The translations under genes and the position numbers were made by a program. A stretch of DNA of 64,000 nucleotides from NCBI GenBank assembly GCA_050015395.1, contig JBEKBM010000006.1, forward strand, positions 51,235 through 115,234. Reading direction: 5' to 3'. The notes beneath the pieces were generated by a model. It did no database searches, had not been told where the DNA came from, and worked only from the letters and a program-made list of their open reading frames with translations. Position 1 is the first letter of the stretch. Each line of letters opens with the position of its first letter. This document shows positions 1 to 9,637 of the stretch, one piece after another. The stretch comes from Candidatus Bathyarchaeia archaeon. Lineage in GTDB: Archaea > Thermoproteota > Bathyarchaeia > Bathyarchaeales > Bathycorpusculaceae.

Positions 1-93
1 GGCAATCTCGGCAATCAACAGAATACTAAAAAAGCTACAAGAAACCGGGGATCTGTAACCTGACGGTAAACGAAGACGGCGAACCTTCCTATG

Positions 94-741
94 TCATGAC
101 AAAACGATTTTAGGTTGAGTTACCGTTCTTTTTAAGGCTAATGGAACAGCTAAGTTTATCGTAACAATTAACGCTAGCAGTCCATATCGTATTCCCGTTG
201 CCAGAGCGGCAGTCTCAACGAACACTTGGAAGTTTTGTGCTCCAGCCATCAAGTTCATCATGCCCATGCCAAGCGTTACCAGCGTTAATGGTATGGTAGC
301 GTAGAGGGCGATGTTTTCCTTAAATTTAAACAGCAAAATATAGGAGAAAACTAATGCCGGGGCGTAATATGCGAATGCGCCTAAAATGCCAAGCGGCCAC
401 CCAAGCGGATTCAACTCTACCGCTAAACCTGTAACGTTAATGGCGTAGAATGTTGTTGCAATATCAAACATCCAGAAGGCTAACGCAACGCCTTGAAAAG
501 AAAACAGCAAATTCCGCCATTTCTCAGAAGTGTCTGGCGCAGCTTTGGGGTTAGTATTTTTCAGTTTAAGATATGTGATGCTGGAGACTGGAATAAGCAA
601 GATGAGCGCGTATGTTAAGCCTAGCCAAGCGTCGCCAACTCTGATGAGCGCGGCGATGTTGAATATCCAGATTAGTCCTATGGCAACTAGAAAGCCTTGA
701 GCTAAGCTTTTCAGTGACCCCATAAAGGTATTCTCCCCCAT
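94..741 (-). CDS. Multi-pass membrane protein (DUF5658-like)
   Basis: About 6 hydrophobic segments; D-x-x-T-T ... E-L-N-P motif (FDIATT...VELNPLG). Confidence 0.6.
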   Translation of the reverse strand: MGENTFMGSLKSLAQGFLVAIGLIWIFNIAALIRVGDAWLGLTYALILLIPVSSITYLKLKNTNPKAAPDTSEKWRNLLFSFQGVALAFWMFDIATTFYAINVTGLAVELNPLGWPLGILGAFAYYAPALVFSYILLFKFKENIALYATIPLTLVTLGMGMMNLMAGAQNFQVFVETAALATGIRYGLLALIVTINLAVPLALKRTVTQPKIVLS

Positions 742-836
742 TATTGCCCTTCAGGGTAGTTACCTACATAACCTTTATTCCCAAAACGCAACTTCTTTAA
801 AACGCTGGGCACATAATTATCTTTGAGGAATCAAGT

Positions 837-1526
837 TTGTCAATTCAGAAAATACCGGAAAAAAACACCATACTATTCGTTTGGTTCAATCAGTATGCTG
901 GAATAGTCCTAAAAACCCCCAGTAAAACCCTTGCCATAGACCCAGTTGACATCAAACCCAAAAGCCTCCAAAATGTAGATGCAATCCTAATAACACACGA
1001 GCATTATGACCACTTGGACCCAAGGCTAATCACAGAAACCCAGAAAGCGACAAACTGTACAATAATCGCTGATTCAGCCTCAACTAAAAAATTGCAACAC
1101 GCAATACCCGCAGAAAAACTCCAGGAAATCAAACCAGGCGCTGAAATGAAAATCGGCGAAGTCTCCGTTAAAGCAGAAAAATGTAACCACATTGCTCAAG
1201 CACCCGTAACTTACATAATAACCAGTGAAGACGAAGTCAAAGTCTACCATACAGCAGACAGTTTACCCTTTCCAGAACTAGCAGCTATAGGGCAAAGAGA
1301 AAAATTCGATGTAGTCTTCTGCATAGTTGGCATAGCGCCGGGCTCCACGCCACAAACAGGCTTTGAAATAGCTCGTTTAACTAAGCCTCAAGTCGCAGTG
1401 CCCTATCATACAGCGTCAGCAGCAAGCCAAACTGAGTTCGCGCAAATAATAAAGAAGGAATTGCCTAGAACTGCATGCTTGATTCCTGAACAAAATAAAA
1501 TATATCAGGTATCAAAAAGGAAGTGA
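837..1526 (+). CDS. MBL-fold metallo-hydrolase
   Basis: THEHYDH (HxHxDH) motif, HTADS, PYH. Confidence 0.85.
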   Translation: MSIQKIPEKNTILFVWFNQYAGIVLKTPSKTLAIDPVDIKPKSLQNVDAILITHEHYDHLDPRLITETQKATNCTIIADSASTKKLQHAIPAEKLQEIKPGAEMKIGEVSVKAEKCNHIAQAPVTYIITSEDEVKVYHTADSLPFPELAAIGQREKFDVVFCIVGIAPGSTPQTGFEIARLTKPQVAVPYHTASAASQTEFAQIIKKELPRTACLIPEQNKIYQVSKRK

Positions 1527-2161
1527 AAAAATTGAAAATAGACAAAGTGGTCCAAGACAAGAAAGACAAAGTGGCAAACATACTTTTCAAAATTGACGCA
1601 ATAAAATTTGGAGTGTTCAAACTGTCTAGCGGAAAAGCAAGCCCCTACTACATTGATCTAAGAGTAATTCCCAGTTTCCCAGATGCCTTCCGAGAAATCT
1701 GCGACTTCTACGCTGAATACATAACCAACCAGATTGGAGTAAAAAACTTTGATAGAATGGCAGGAGTACCCTTAACCGGAATTATATTTGCGTCCCAAGT
1801 TGCGTATAACCTCAAAAAACCCTTCATTTATGTACGCAAAGGCGTCCGACTGCATGGAAGAGAACGAAGGGTGGAAGGACTTCTGGCATCAGGGGACAGA
1901 GTTCTATTAATTGATGATTTAGTAACCACTGGGTTAACTCTCAAAAAAGCTACGGAAGCTGTTAGAGCTGAAGGTGGCGTGGTAACAGACGCCGTCGTTT
2001 TTCTAGACAGAGAAGAAGGCGGAAACCAACAGCTTGAAAAAAACGGAATAAACCTTCATACATTGCTGAAAATAAGCGAAGTAGCTAACACCCTCTATGA
2101 ATTAGGCGCCATTGACCAAGAAAACCTAAAGACAATCCTAAAGCAAGTAAAAAAACAGTAA
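1523..2161 (+). CDS. pyrE: Orotate phosphoribosyltransferase
   Basis: FKLSSGKASPYYIDLR, YVRK, PRPP motif LLIDDLVTTG. Confidence 0.95.
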   Translation: MKKLKIDKVVQDKKDKVANILFKIDAIKFGVFKLSSGKASPYYIDLRVIPSFPDAFREICDFYAEYITNQIGVKNFDRMAGVPLTGIIFASQVAYNLKKPFIYVRKGVRLHGRERRVEGLLASGDRVLLIDDLVTTGLTLKKATEAVRAEGGVVTDAVVFLDREEGGNQQLEKNGINLHTLLKISEVANTLYELGAIDQENLKTILKQVKKQ

Positions 2162-2171
2162 AGCCCAAATT

Positions 2172-2732
2172 TTATTCATAAAATATTAGATTGGTTTCTT
2201 CAAGTAGCGTATGCAATTTTTCCACTGCGTCATAAACGTCTTGTTCTTTTTTGGCTCCGGTGCAAACGAGTTTTCCACTTGCAAAAAGCAAAATCACAAC
2301 TTTTGGCTCTTGCATCCTATAGATTAAGCCTGGAAACTGTTCAGGTTCGTACATTGCATGTCCAAGCGTGTATGCAGCTTTTTCTAAATCGATCATGCCT
2401 CCTAAACCGCCTGCAGCAACTATGTTTTGTATTTTAAGTTCTGGTTTACTGATGATTATTATGCCGCCTTTCTTAAGTTCCTTAACAACTTTCATTACAG
2501 CTCTACGAGCTTCCTTCTCCGATTTAGCCCCTGTGCAAACCATCTTTCCAGAACTAAAAATTAAAGTCGCGGTTTTGGGGCGTTTTATTCTGAAAACTAG
2601 ACCTGGAAACTGTTCAGGGCGATATTCAACACTTGGGTAACCCTTTACCACGGCGTTCAAGTCAACTTTCTGGTTCAGCGTTGCAGAAGCGACCACATTC
2701 TCGATGCTTATTGTAGCTTTAACTTTTGGCAC
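2172..2732 (-). CDS. tbp: TATA-box-binding protein
   Basis: Two TBP repeats: IENVVAS...YRPEQFPGLVFR...LIFSSGKMVCTGAK and IQNIVAA...YEPEQFPGLIYR...LFASGKLVCTGAK. Confidence 0.98.
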   Translation of the reverse strand: MPKVKATISIENVVASATLNQKVDLNAVVKGYPSVEYRPEQFPGLVFRIKRPKTATLIFSSGKMVCTGAKSEKEARRAVMKVVKELKKGGIIIISKPELKIQNIVAAGGLGGMIDLEKAAYTLGHAMYEPEQFPGLIYRMQEPKVVILLFASGKLVCTGAKKEQDVYDAVEKLHTLLEETNLIFYE

Positions 2733-2783
2733 TCAATTTCCCTCTTGCTTTAACGCCCTTTAAATATCCCTTATCAACTGACT

Positions 2784-3500
2784 TTATAAAGACATCTGTG
2801 ACTGCGGCTGCATTCGGTTCTGTTGTTCAGGTTTTTTCTCTCTTAATATGGGCATAATAAATTCGATAACTATAAGCAACATTATAAGCGCAATAACCAC
2901 TGGCAAACCCCAAGAATTATCCCTCATGAAAAGTGTTACCCAACCAAACCACGGAATACGCATAACAACTATGCCCACTACCATGTTTTGGGGAACTCCT
3001 GGTGGATTGCTGCTGTCCCATGGGTCTTGGCCTGATGTTGGAGTTTGTGGCCATGGGTTTCCGTTTCCGTCCCCTTTAGTGAGATAATATGTGGTGCCGT
3101 TGACTACTTCGGTGCCTATTATGCGGTGCACAATTAACATGCTATAATCGTAGGGGCTATGGAAGACGATTATGTCGCTGTTCGGGTAGTTAGTGTTTAG
3201 GTCTTTAGGGTTTATGCCTTGGACGATTATGATGTCGCCTATACTTAGGGTTCGGTCAAACGGGTGAGCTATGCTTAACCAGAAGTTATCTTGGCCATCG
3301 TAAGGAATATTCATGCTGCCGCTTTCCACAGTTAACGCAGGATCAGACGTGTGAAGCGCGAACTGCAAGCCAAATAAGAAACCAAGAACAATTGCAACAA
3401 TCAAGGCGATGGCAACTACCGTTTTGAAATAATCGTTTTTCCAGACCCTTTTTAGATCGCTCAAATTTTTGCCTCGGCTATTTGAAGTATTCCTTTTCAT
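2784..3500 (-). CDS. Signal peptidase I, archaeal/Sec11 type
   Basis: N-terminal TM, VESGSM, GDIIIV, IVHR, TKGDGN, C-terminal TM. Confidence 0.9.
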   Translation of the reverse strand: MKRNTSNSRGKNLSDLKRVWKNDYFKTVVAIALIVAIVLGFLFGLQFALHTSDPALTVESGSMNIPYDGQDNFWLSIAHPFDRTLSIGDIIIVQGINPKDLNTNYPNSDIIVFHSPYDYSMLIVHRIIGTEVVNGTTYYLTKGDGNGNPWPQTPTSGQDPWDSSNPPGVPQNMVVGIVVMRIPWFGWVTLFMRDNSWGLPVVIALIMLLIVIEFIMPILREKKPEQQNRMQPQSQMSL

Positions 3501-3593
3501 AAGGAGTTCCTATGTTTTAAAACTTACCGTCTCATAATAAAGAAAAATAAGAGAGGACAAATAGCGCAATCAGCAAGTTTCTGGTTGCACTGT

Positions 3594-3764
3594 TTAGATT
3601 TTCTTTTTACTTAACACTTCGCGGAATACTTTGCCGCATTTTGGGCACTCGTAGAGTCCGATTTCTAGTTGCATGCGTTTTCCAGCTTTATCTGGACGAC
3701 CAGCCATTTTCCAACTCTTTTTTATCTTTGAAACTTCTGTTCCGCATTTTGGACATTTAGCCAT
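3594..3764 (-). CDS. Small basic Zn-ribbon protein, Cren7-like chromatin protein (56 aa; not in ORF track)
   Basis: Manual translation MAKCPKCGTEVSKIKKSWKMAGRPDKAGKRMQLEIGLYECPKCGKVFREVLSKKKI; GGAGG RBS upstream; K-x-W...IGL[FY]...GK-x-FR pattern as in Cren7. Confidence 0.8.
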   Translation of the reverse strand: MAKCPKCGTEVSKIKKSWKMAGRPDKAGKRMQLEIGLYECPKCGKVFREVLSKKKI

Positions 3765-4080
3765 TCAATTTCCTCCGTATTACCGATTCCATGGTTTATC
3801 ATTATAGAATAAAAAACTTTCCATACCTTTCCAATACATATTCTGCGTTTCCACGGTATGTTTAAACAAGTTTTTGTATACACAATTGAACATCGTCAAA
3901 GGAAATGGTTGAAAGCCTTTAAAATATCTCACTTACTCGCCAAAAACAGCAACAATTAATCAAGCCATTAGCATTAAAAGTTAAAAATTGCCAAGAAAAG
4001 CCTGAAGTTCTTCTAAACCTTCCCTAACCTTTTTTATAGCAGAATCTCAGCTTATCTTACCATTCGAGGCTCAACTTATA

Positions 4081-6951
4081 TTGCAGGCAACTTCTGAAAA
4101 TGCTTTTGAAATGCTTGTGAAGCCAGTTCGAAGGCTCGTTGAACAGAAAGGATTCTCTAAACCAACTGAACCTCAAGAAAAAACAATACCAAAAATACTC
4201 GACGGCAAAAATATACTGTTAATTTCACCTACAGCCACAGGCAAAACAGAAGCCGCTTTCCTGCCTGTGCTAAGCATGCTTCTTAAGGAACCCAAAACTC
4301 CAGGCATAAAAGTGCTGTACATTACGCCGTTGCGGGCTTTAAACAGAGACTTGCTTGAGCGGCTTCAGTGGTGGTGCAACAGCCTAGACATAAAACTCGC
4401 CGTTAGGCATGGTGACACTGAAACAAAAGAGAGAACCCGTCAATCCCGAAGCCCGCCTGACATTCTTATAACGACTCCTGAAACACTGCAAGCTATACTT
4501 TCCGGCTGGATTTTACGTCAACACCTGCAAAGCTTAAGATGGGTAATAATTGATGAAGTACATGAGTTAGCTGACAGCAAACGGGGAAGCCAGCTGTCAT
4601 TGGCACTGGAACGAATCCGAAGCCTAATCGGAAAAGACTTCCAAATGATCGGTTTATCCGCCACCATTGGCAGCCCAGAAAAAGTCGCCCAATTCCTCGT
4701 TGGAAACAAGCGACCAGTTGAAATCATCCGTGTTCCCGTTGCCAAAATGGTGAAGCTGCAAGTAATATACCCTAAGCCAAGCGAGGAAGACGTTAGGTTT
4801 GCATCGAAAATTTACACTCATCCGGAGGTGGCGGCTAGACTGCGTATTATTCGCGATTACATGAGCAAACGAAAATCTGTTCTTCTGTTTACAAATACAC
4901 GTTCAATTTCGGAAGTTTTAGCTTCTAGATTTAAGGTTTGGGACATTGATTTTCCAATTTCAATTCACCATGGCTCCTTAGCTAAGGTCTCAAGGATAGC
5001 TGCCGAAACTGGGTTAAAGCGTGGTGAACTTAAGGGTTTAATCGCTACCAGCAGCCTCGAATTAGGCATCGATGTCGGAGTCATAGATCTGGTTATCCAG
5101 TACATGAGTCCAAGGCAAGTAACCAGGCTTATCCAGCGCGTGGGACGGGCAGGTCACACTTATGGGCAAGTTGCTGAGGGCGTAATAATCGGCATGGATT
5201 CAGATGATACGCTTGAAGCCTTAGTTATCGCCCGCAGAGCCCTCAACGAAGAGTTGGAGCCTGTTGAAATTCCAGATAAACCCTATGATGTTTTGGTTCA
5301 TCAGATTGCTGGGTTGATGCTGAAGAGCAGGCGATTAGAATTTAACGATGTTCTAGAAATAGCGCGTAACGCTGCACCGTTTGAGAACTTAACATTGGAA
5401 GATGTCGAAAAAGCTTTCAAGTACATGCATGAGCGTTTTCCACGTTTAGCGTGGGTGTCCTTTGAGGATCAGGTGGCTTTGAAGCCTCAGCGGTCTAAGG
5501 CTTTGTTTGAGTACTATTTTGATAATTTATCAATGATTCCTGAGGAGAAACAATTCCTTGTAATTGACGAGTCATCTGACACTTCGATTGGTGTTTTAGA
5601 CGAAGCGTTCATGGCGGAGTACGGCAAACCTGGAACAAAATTCATCATACGTGGCAGCCCATGGCAAATAATCCATGCCACAGAAGACAAAGTTTACGTG
5701 CGACCTGTTGATGACCCGACCGGTTCAATTCCCAGCTGGATAGGCGAGGAAATTCCAGTGCCGTACAAGATAGCGCAGGAAGTGGCAGAAATACGCGGAT
5801 TCGTTGAAGAAAAAATGCATAGTGGGCTTACGCCTGAGCAGGTTAGTGCTTTGCTTTCTGAGCGTTATGCGGCTGATAAGGAGACTATTTTGCATGCGTT
5901 GGCGGAGACGGTGGAGCAAGTGAACTGTGGCTTTGCGGTTCCTACCCCCAGGCGGATTGTAGTTGAGGATTGGGGTGAATTTGTTATTATTCACTCTAAT
6001 TTTGGTTCACTAATTAATCGTGCCTTAGCGCAGTTCCTTGGGGAAGTGTTGTCTGATAAGCTTGGTCATGGTATCGTGGTTCAGCATGACCCTTACCGCA
6101 TTTTTGTGCAAACCATGGGCAGTATGAGTGCTGAGAGGCTGGTTGAAGTTTTCAATGAACTCAAAGGCATGAGTACCCAAGCGGTTAAGAACACGTTAAC
6201 TAGGTCAACTATAAAGACAGGATTATTCAAGAGACGAGTAATACAGGTAGCAAGGCGTTTTGGTGCACTAAAGAAGTGGGCTGACTTTAGCAACGTTAGC
6301 ATTCAGAAGTTGATCTCAAGTTTTGAGGGTACGCTGATTTATGAGGAGGGTTTGAAGGAGGTTTTCTCTAAAGACCTTGATGCAGATGGGCTTGTCATGG
6401 TGCTTAAGCGGATTCATGACGGTGAGGTAGGTTTGCAGGTTGTTGCCACTGGCGGAGATGCGACTCCTGTTGCTCGCGTGGGCATTGAGCGGGTAAGCAT
6501 GAAAACCGATCTTATTCCGCCAGAGAAAATGCGTGCAGTGCTTATTGCAGCAGCCAAAGCGCGATTACTTAATGAAACAGGCAATTTCATTTGCACTAAC
6601 TGTTGGGATTACATGGAGACCATTCGCATCAAAGACTTGCCCGATAAACCAAAGTGCCCAAGATGCGAGTCTTTTGCCATTGGATTGTTGAAGGTGGAAG
6701 AGGAGAAGGCTTTGCCGTTAATTGAGAAGAAAGGACGCTTAGCTAAGGACGAGGAAAAGATGCAGTTGCAGGCTAAGCATACTGCTGAATTAATAGAAAA
6801 GTATGGTAAAGTGGCGGCAGTGGCATTGAGCGCTCGACGGGTTCAAACGGTGGACATTGCAGGTGTTTTGGAGAAGGAGCCTAAGCTTTCAGACCGATTT
6901 TACGAGTTGGTTATGGAGGCTGAACGTAAAGCACTGAGTAAACGTTTTTGA
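4081..6951 (+). CDS. lhr: Lhr-family SF2 ATP-dependent helicase with C-terminal Zn finger
   Basis: SPTATGKT, TPLRAL, DEVH, SAT, HHGSL, LELGID, QRVGRAGH; C-terminal CTNC...CPRC. Confidence 0.95.
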   Translation: MQATSENAFEMLVKPVRRLVEQKGFSKPTEPQEKTIPKILDGKNILLISPTATGKTEAAFLPVLSMLLKEPKTPGIKVLYITPLRALNRDLLERLQWWCNSLDIKLAVRHGDTETKERTRQSRSPPDILITTPETLQAILSGWILRQHLQSLRWVIIDEVHELADSKRGSQLSLALERIRSLIGKDFQMIGLSATIGSPEKVAQFLVGNKRPVEIIRVPVAKMVKLQVIYPKPSEEDVRFASKIYTHPEVAARLRIIRDYMSKRKSVLLFTNTRSISEVLASRFKVWDIDFPISIHHGSLAKVSRIAAETGLKRGELKGLIATSSLELGIDVGVIDLVIQYMSPRQVTRLIQRVGRAGHTYGQVAEGVIIGMDSDDTLEALVIARRALNEELEPVEIPDKPYDVLVHQIAGLMLKSRRLEFNDVLEIARNAAPFENLTLEDVEKAFKYMHERFPRLAWVSFEDQVALKPQRSKALFEYYFDNLSMIPEEKQFLVIDESSDTSIGVLDEAFMAEYGKPGTKFIIRGSPWQIIHATEDKVYVRPVDDPTGSIPSWIGEEIPVPYKIAQEVAEIRGFVEEKMHSGLTPEQVSALLSERYAADKETILHALAETVEQVNCGFAVPTPRRIVVEDWGEFVIIHSNFGSLINRALAQFLGEVLSDKLGHGIVVQHDPYRIFVQTMGSMSAERLVEVFNELKGMSTQAVKNTLTRSTIKTGLFKRRVIQVARRFGALKKWADFSNVSIQKLISSFEGTLIYEEGLKEVFSKDLDADGLVMVLKRIHDGEVGLQVVATGGDATPVARVGIERVSMKTDLIPPEKMRAVLIAAAKARLLNETGNFICTNCWDYMETIRIKDLPDKPKCPRCESFAIGLLKVEEEKALPLIEKKGRLAKDEEKMQLQAKHTAELIEKYGKVAAVALSARRVQTVDIAGVLEKEPKLSDRFYELVMEAERKALSKRF

Positions 6952-7052
6952 TAAAAATGTTGCAGTTTCCTTTTTTTTATTAAATTGTATGTTTATGCGG
7001 AATAACAGCAACTTTTTAAACCTAGAACTGCTTATCTGCTTATCTGTTTATA

Positions 7053-7403
7053 GTGCCAGTAGGAGATTTAAGAAGCGTGGAAATAAGTCGAAAGAATTTA
7101 CGCAGTGAAGTTCTTGAACGCATTAAATACGTTAAAACTTGTGTCATGGCGCGGGAGCTGTGTTTGCTTGTTCGCACCAATAGGGCTATCTTGGAACCTA
7201 AAGATGTGCAAGAAGTATGCCAGTACATTTCGAAACTATGCAAAGAAGAAGGCTGCTCTGAGCCAAGTGAACTCTGCACGAAAGCAGCTAACGCGGTTGG
7301 TTCAGCAGATGAAGAAAAATATCTTGATTTATGCGCTCAAAGCTGTGCAAAATGCGGAGAAGCCAGAAGACCGGTTCCGAAAAAAGACGCTTACGTGGCA
7401 TAA
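7053..7403 (+). CDS. Hypothetical Cys-rich protein
   Basis: 116-aa ORF with many Cys, lying between lhr and the methyltransferase; TTTAAA box upstream. Confidence 0.6.
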   Translation: MPVGDLRSVEISRKNLRSEVLERIKYVKTCVMARELCLLVRTNRAILEPKDVQEVCQYISKLCKEEGCSEPSELCTKAANAVGSADEEKYLDLCAQSCAKCGEARRPVPKKDAYVA

Positions 7404-7434
7404 AAAGCATAAATAACATTGGTGAAGTCTGAAA

Positions 7435-7911
7435 ATGTTTATTGCTCCTTTTGTTCCAAGTCCAAACAGTGTTGTAGAATATATGCTGAAGTTGGCTGAT
7501 TTGAAGGCTGGCGAAGTATTGTTTGATATGGGTTCTGGAGATGGCAGAACCGTAATCATGGCGGCCAAAACTTTCGGCGCCAGAGGCGTCGGCATCGAGT
7601 TGCGTGAGGATTTGGCGAAAAAAGCGTTGGCTACTATTCATGAGAACGGTCTTGAGGACAGAGTAACCATTATGAATAGTAACATGTTTGATGTCAACTT
7701 AAGCTCGGCTGATGTAGTTTACTTGTATTTGACGACAAGCGCAAACGAGAAAATCAGGCCTAAGCTTGAAAGCGACCTTAAAAAAGGCGCACGCGTGGTC
7801 TCGCATGACTACGAGATTATCGGTTGGCACCCGGAGAAAGTTGAGAATTTCTGCGAGAACCCCCAGTTAGGCTATCCTTCCCACACAATCTATCTTTACA
7901 GGAAGCCATAG
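7435..7911 (+). CDS. Class I SAM-dependent methyltransferase
   Basis: APFVPSP, DMGSGDGR motif I, ADVVYLYL, VVSHDY. Confidence 0.9.
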   Translation: MFIAPFVPSPNSVVEYMLKLADLKAGEVLFDMGSGDGRTVIMAAKTFGARGVGIELREDLAKKALATIHENGLEDRVTIMNSNMFDVNLSSADVVYLYLTTSANEKIRPKLESDLKKGARVVSHDYEIIGWHPEKVENFCENPQLGYPSHTIYLYRKP

Positions 7912-7963
7912 TCTTTTCGCCTTGTTTATTCAGTAGATTCGCAAGTGGGTTAGCTTTAATGTG

Positions 7964-8075
7964 TGTGCGCACAGGTACCTACCGGGAGGGTAAATGTCAA
8001 TACGTTTTGTCGATACACTTTGCAGATACATTGAAGAACATACGTAGGCAGGTTCTTGGGCGCACAGTTCCTCCC
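7964..8075 (+). ncRNA. Candidate structured RNA with H-type pseudoknot
   Basis: 7964-7980 pairs with 8050-8066 (17-bp stem, 2 mismatches); loop GGGAGG 7984-7989 complementary to CCTCCC 8070-8075; intergenic; strand uncertain. Confidence 0.35.
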
Positions 8076-8188
8076 AGAATCGTTAAGAGTTTTTTAGATA
8101 CCTTGTGGGTCTCTTGTGGATTTACTGTTATTGGGAAAAAGATTTTTAGTCTCCCCCTTCATAATTTCCAAAAGAGTGTCCTCTAAAA

Positions 8189-8704
8189 ATGAAGTTTATT
8201 CCATGGCAAAACATAGCTGACTGGCATTGCAAAGCATGCGGTTACTGCTGCAAACTCTACAGCGTGGTCTTAGGCTTCACGGAATGGATGCAATTAGCTA
8301 AAACTTTTGGCATAGAAACCACCGTGGCAGGATTAGACCGATTCTACATTAAACGTGCCAGCGACGGCTCATGCGCTTTCCTATGCAACCACACAAACAA
8401 CTACTACTGCGGACTGCAAAACATGAAACCTGAAGCATGCAAACTCTGGCCCTTCAAAGTGCTCTCCGAACCAAAATACGGAGAGCCAAACCAAGCAGCC
8501 TACGACTATAACGGAATCCGACTGTACATTTACGGGGACACCATGTGCAGCGGCTTACGTTGCGGAACGCCAACATGGGACTTCCGCAACACAACCATAA
8601 AAGAGTTCACTGAACTAGCGCTAGGCGTTAGGCAGATACAGTACAAAACAACTAGGTCGGATGCGTTTAGGCAGCAACAGTGGGGAAGACAACTATTCCC
8701 ATAA
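8189..8704 (+). CDS. YkgJ/CxxCxxCC cysteine-cluster protein
   Basis: CKACGYCC, CAFL, CGLQNMKPEACKLWPF. Confidence 0.85.
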   Translation: MKFIPWQNIADWHCKACGYCCKLYSVVLGFTEWMQLAKTFGIETTVAGLDRFYIKRASDGSCAFLCNHTNNYYCGLQNMKPEACKLWPFKVLSEPKYGEPNQAAYDYNGIRLYIYGDTMCSGLRCGTPTWDFRNTTIKEFTELALGVRQIQYKTTRSDAFRQQQWGRQLFP

Positions 8705-8854
8705 AAAAAGGCCTCTTTAAGAGTTAGTTACGTTTATTTAAAGAGGGAACCGTTTTAAGTATTGGATTCCCCGCTTGTCTCAATTAGGTTATTAAGCGGG
8801 TTTTAAACTCTTAACCAGCAAAACTAATCCGTTAACAAGTGAGGTAACTGTTGT

Positions 8855-9637
8855 ATGCCCAAAGCTAAGGTTGGCGTTTCAATGCTCTACTGCTTAGGTG
8901 AACCATTCAACAGGATGGTTAAACGTTTAGGCACTATGAATACGCGTTACATTGAGATTTTAGATGATGGCACTCATGAACTTGACAAAAAACGCGTAGC
9001 CACACTCAAAGAAGCCGCCAAATCTTACAGCTTAGAGTTCTCACTGCACGCACCCTTCGCCGACATCAATATTGCTTCACCATCTAAATCTATGCTGGAC
9101 GCTTCCATGAAACGGCTCAAGCAATCCATGGCTTATGCTAATGCGTTGGATGCAAAGCTTTGGGTTTTTCATCCTGGAGCGAAAACAGGCATTGGCCAAT
9201 TCTATCCTGGCGCTGACTGGAAACAAAATAATCAAAGCATAAAAGAACTCTGCGAGACAGCGGAAGAATTAGGGTTAAACATTGCTTTGGAAAACCTGCC
9301 GGCAAAATACTATTTTTTCATGAGTAAAGCAGAAGACTTCGTTAAGTTTTACCGTGAAACTAACTTGCCAGTCGGCATCGTCATGGATTTGGGTCACGCT
9401 AACCTCGAAGGCCAAATTGAGCCATTCTTCAACATGTTAGCTGACAAAATCATTCATATCCACGCCAGCGATAACGACGGCGTAGAAGACCAGCACTTCG
9501 GTATAGGCCAAGGCAAAATTAACTATGAATGGTTCGCAGAGACTATAAAGAAAATGGGCTACGACAAATCAGTCATCATCGAATCCATAACCAACGTTAC
9601 ACAAAGCATCCAAAAACTAACACAGCTCCTCGCTTAG
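8855..9637 (+). CDS. Sugar phosphate isomerase/epimerase (AP endonuclease 2/xylose isomerase-like TIM barrel)
   Basis: LHAPFADINIAS, FHPG, ALEN, DLGHA, HASDN, QH, IIE motifs. Confidence 0.85.
   Translation: MPKAKVGVSMLYCLGEPFNRMVKRLGTMNTRYIEILDDGTHELDKKRVATLKEAAKSYSLEFSLHAPFADINIASPSKSMLDASMKRLKQSMAYANALDAKLWVFHPGAKTGIGQFYPGADWKQNNQSIKELCETAEELGLNIALENLPAKYYFFMSKAEDFVKFYRETNLPVGIVMDLGHANLEGQIEPFFNMLADKIIHIHASDNDGVEDQHFGIGQGKINYEWFAETIKKMGYDKSVIIESITNVTQSIQKLTQLLA

Noticed and set aside
7959-8186. 75-aa ORF in the methyltransferase-YkgJ gap
   Set aside because: No RBS or recognisable motif; the base-pairing pattern explains the region better.
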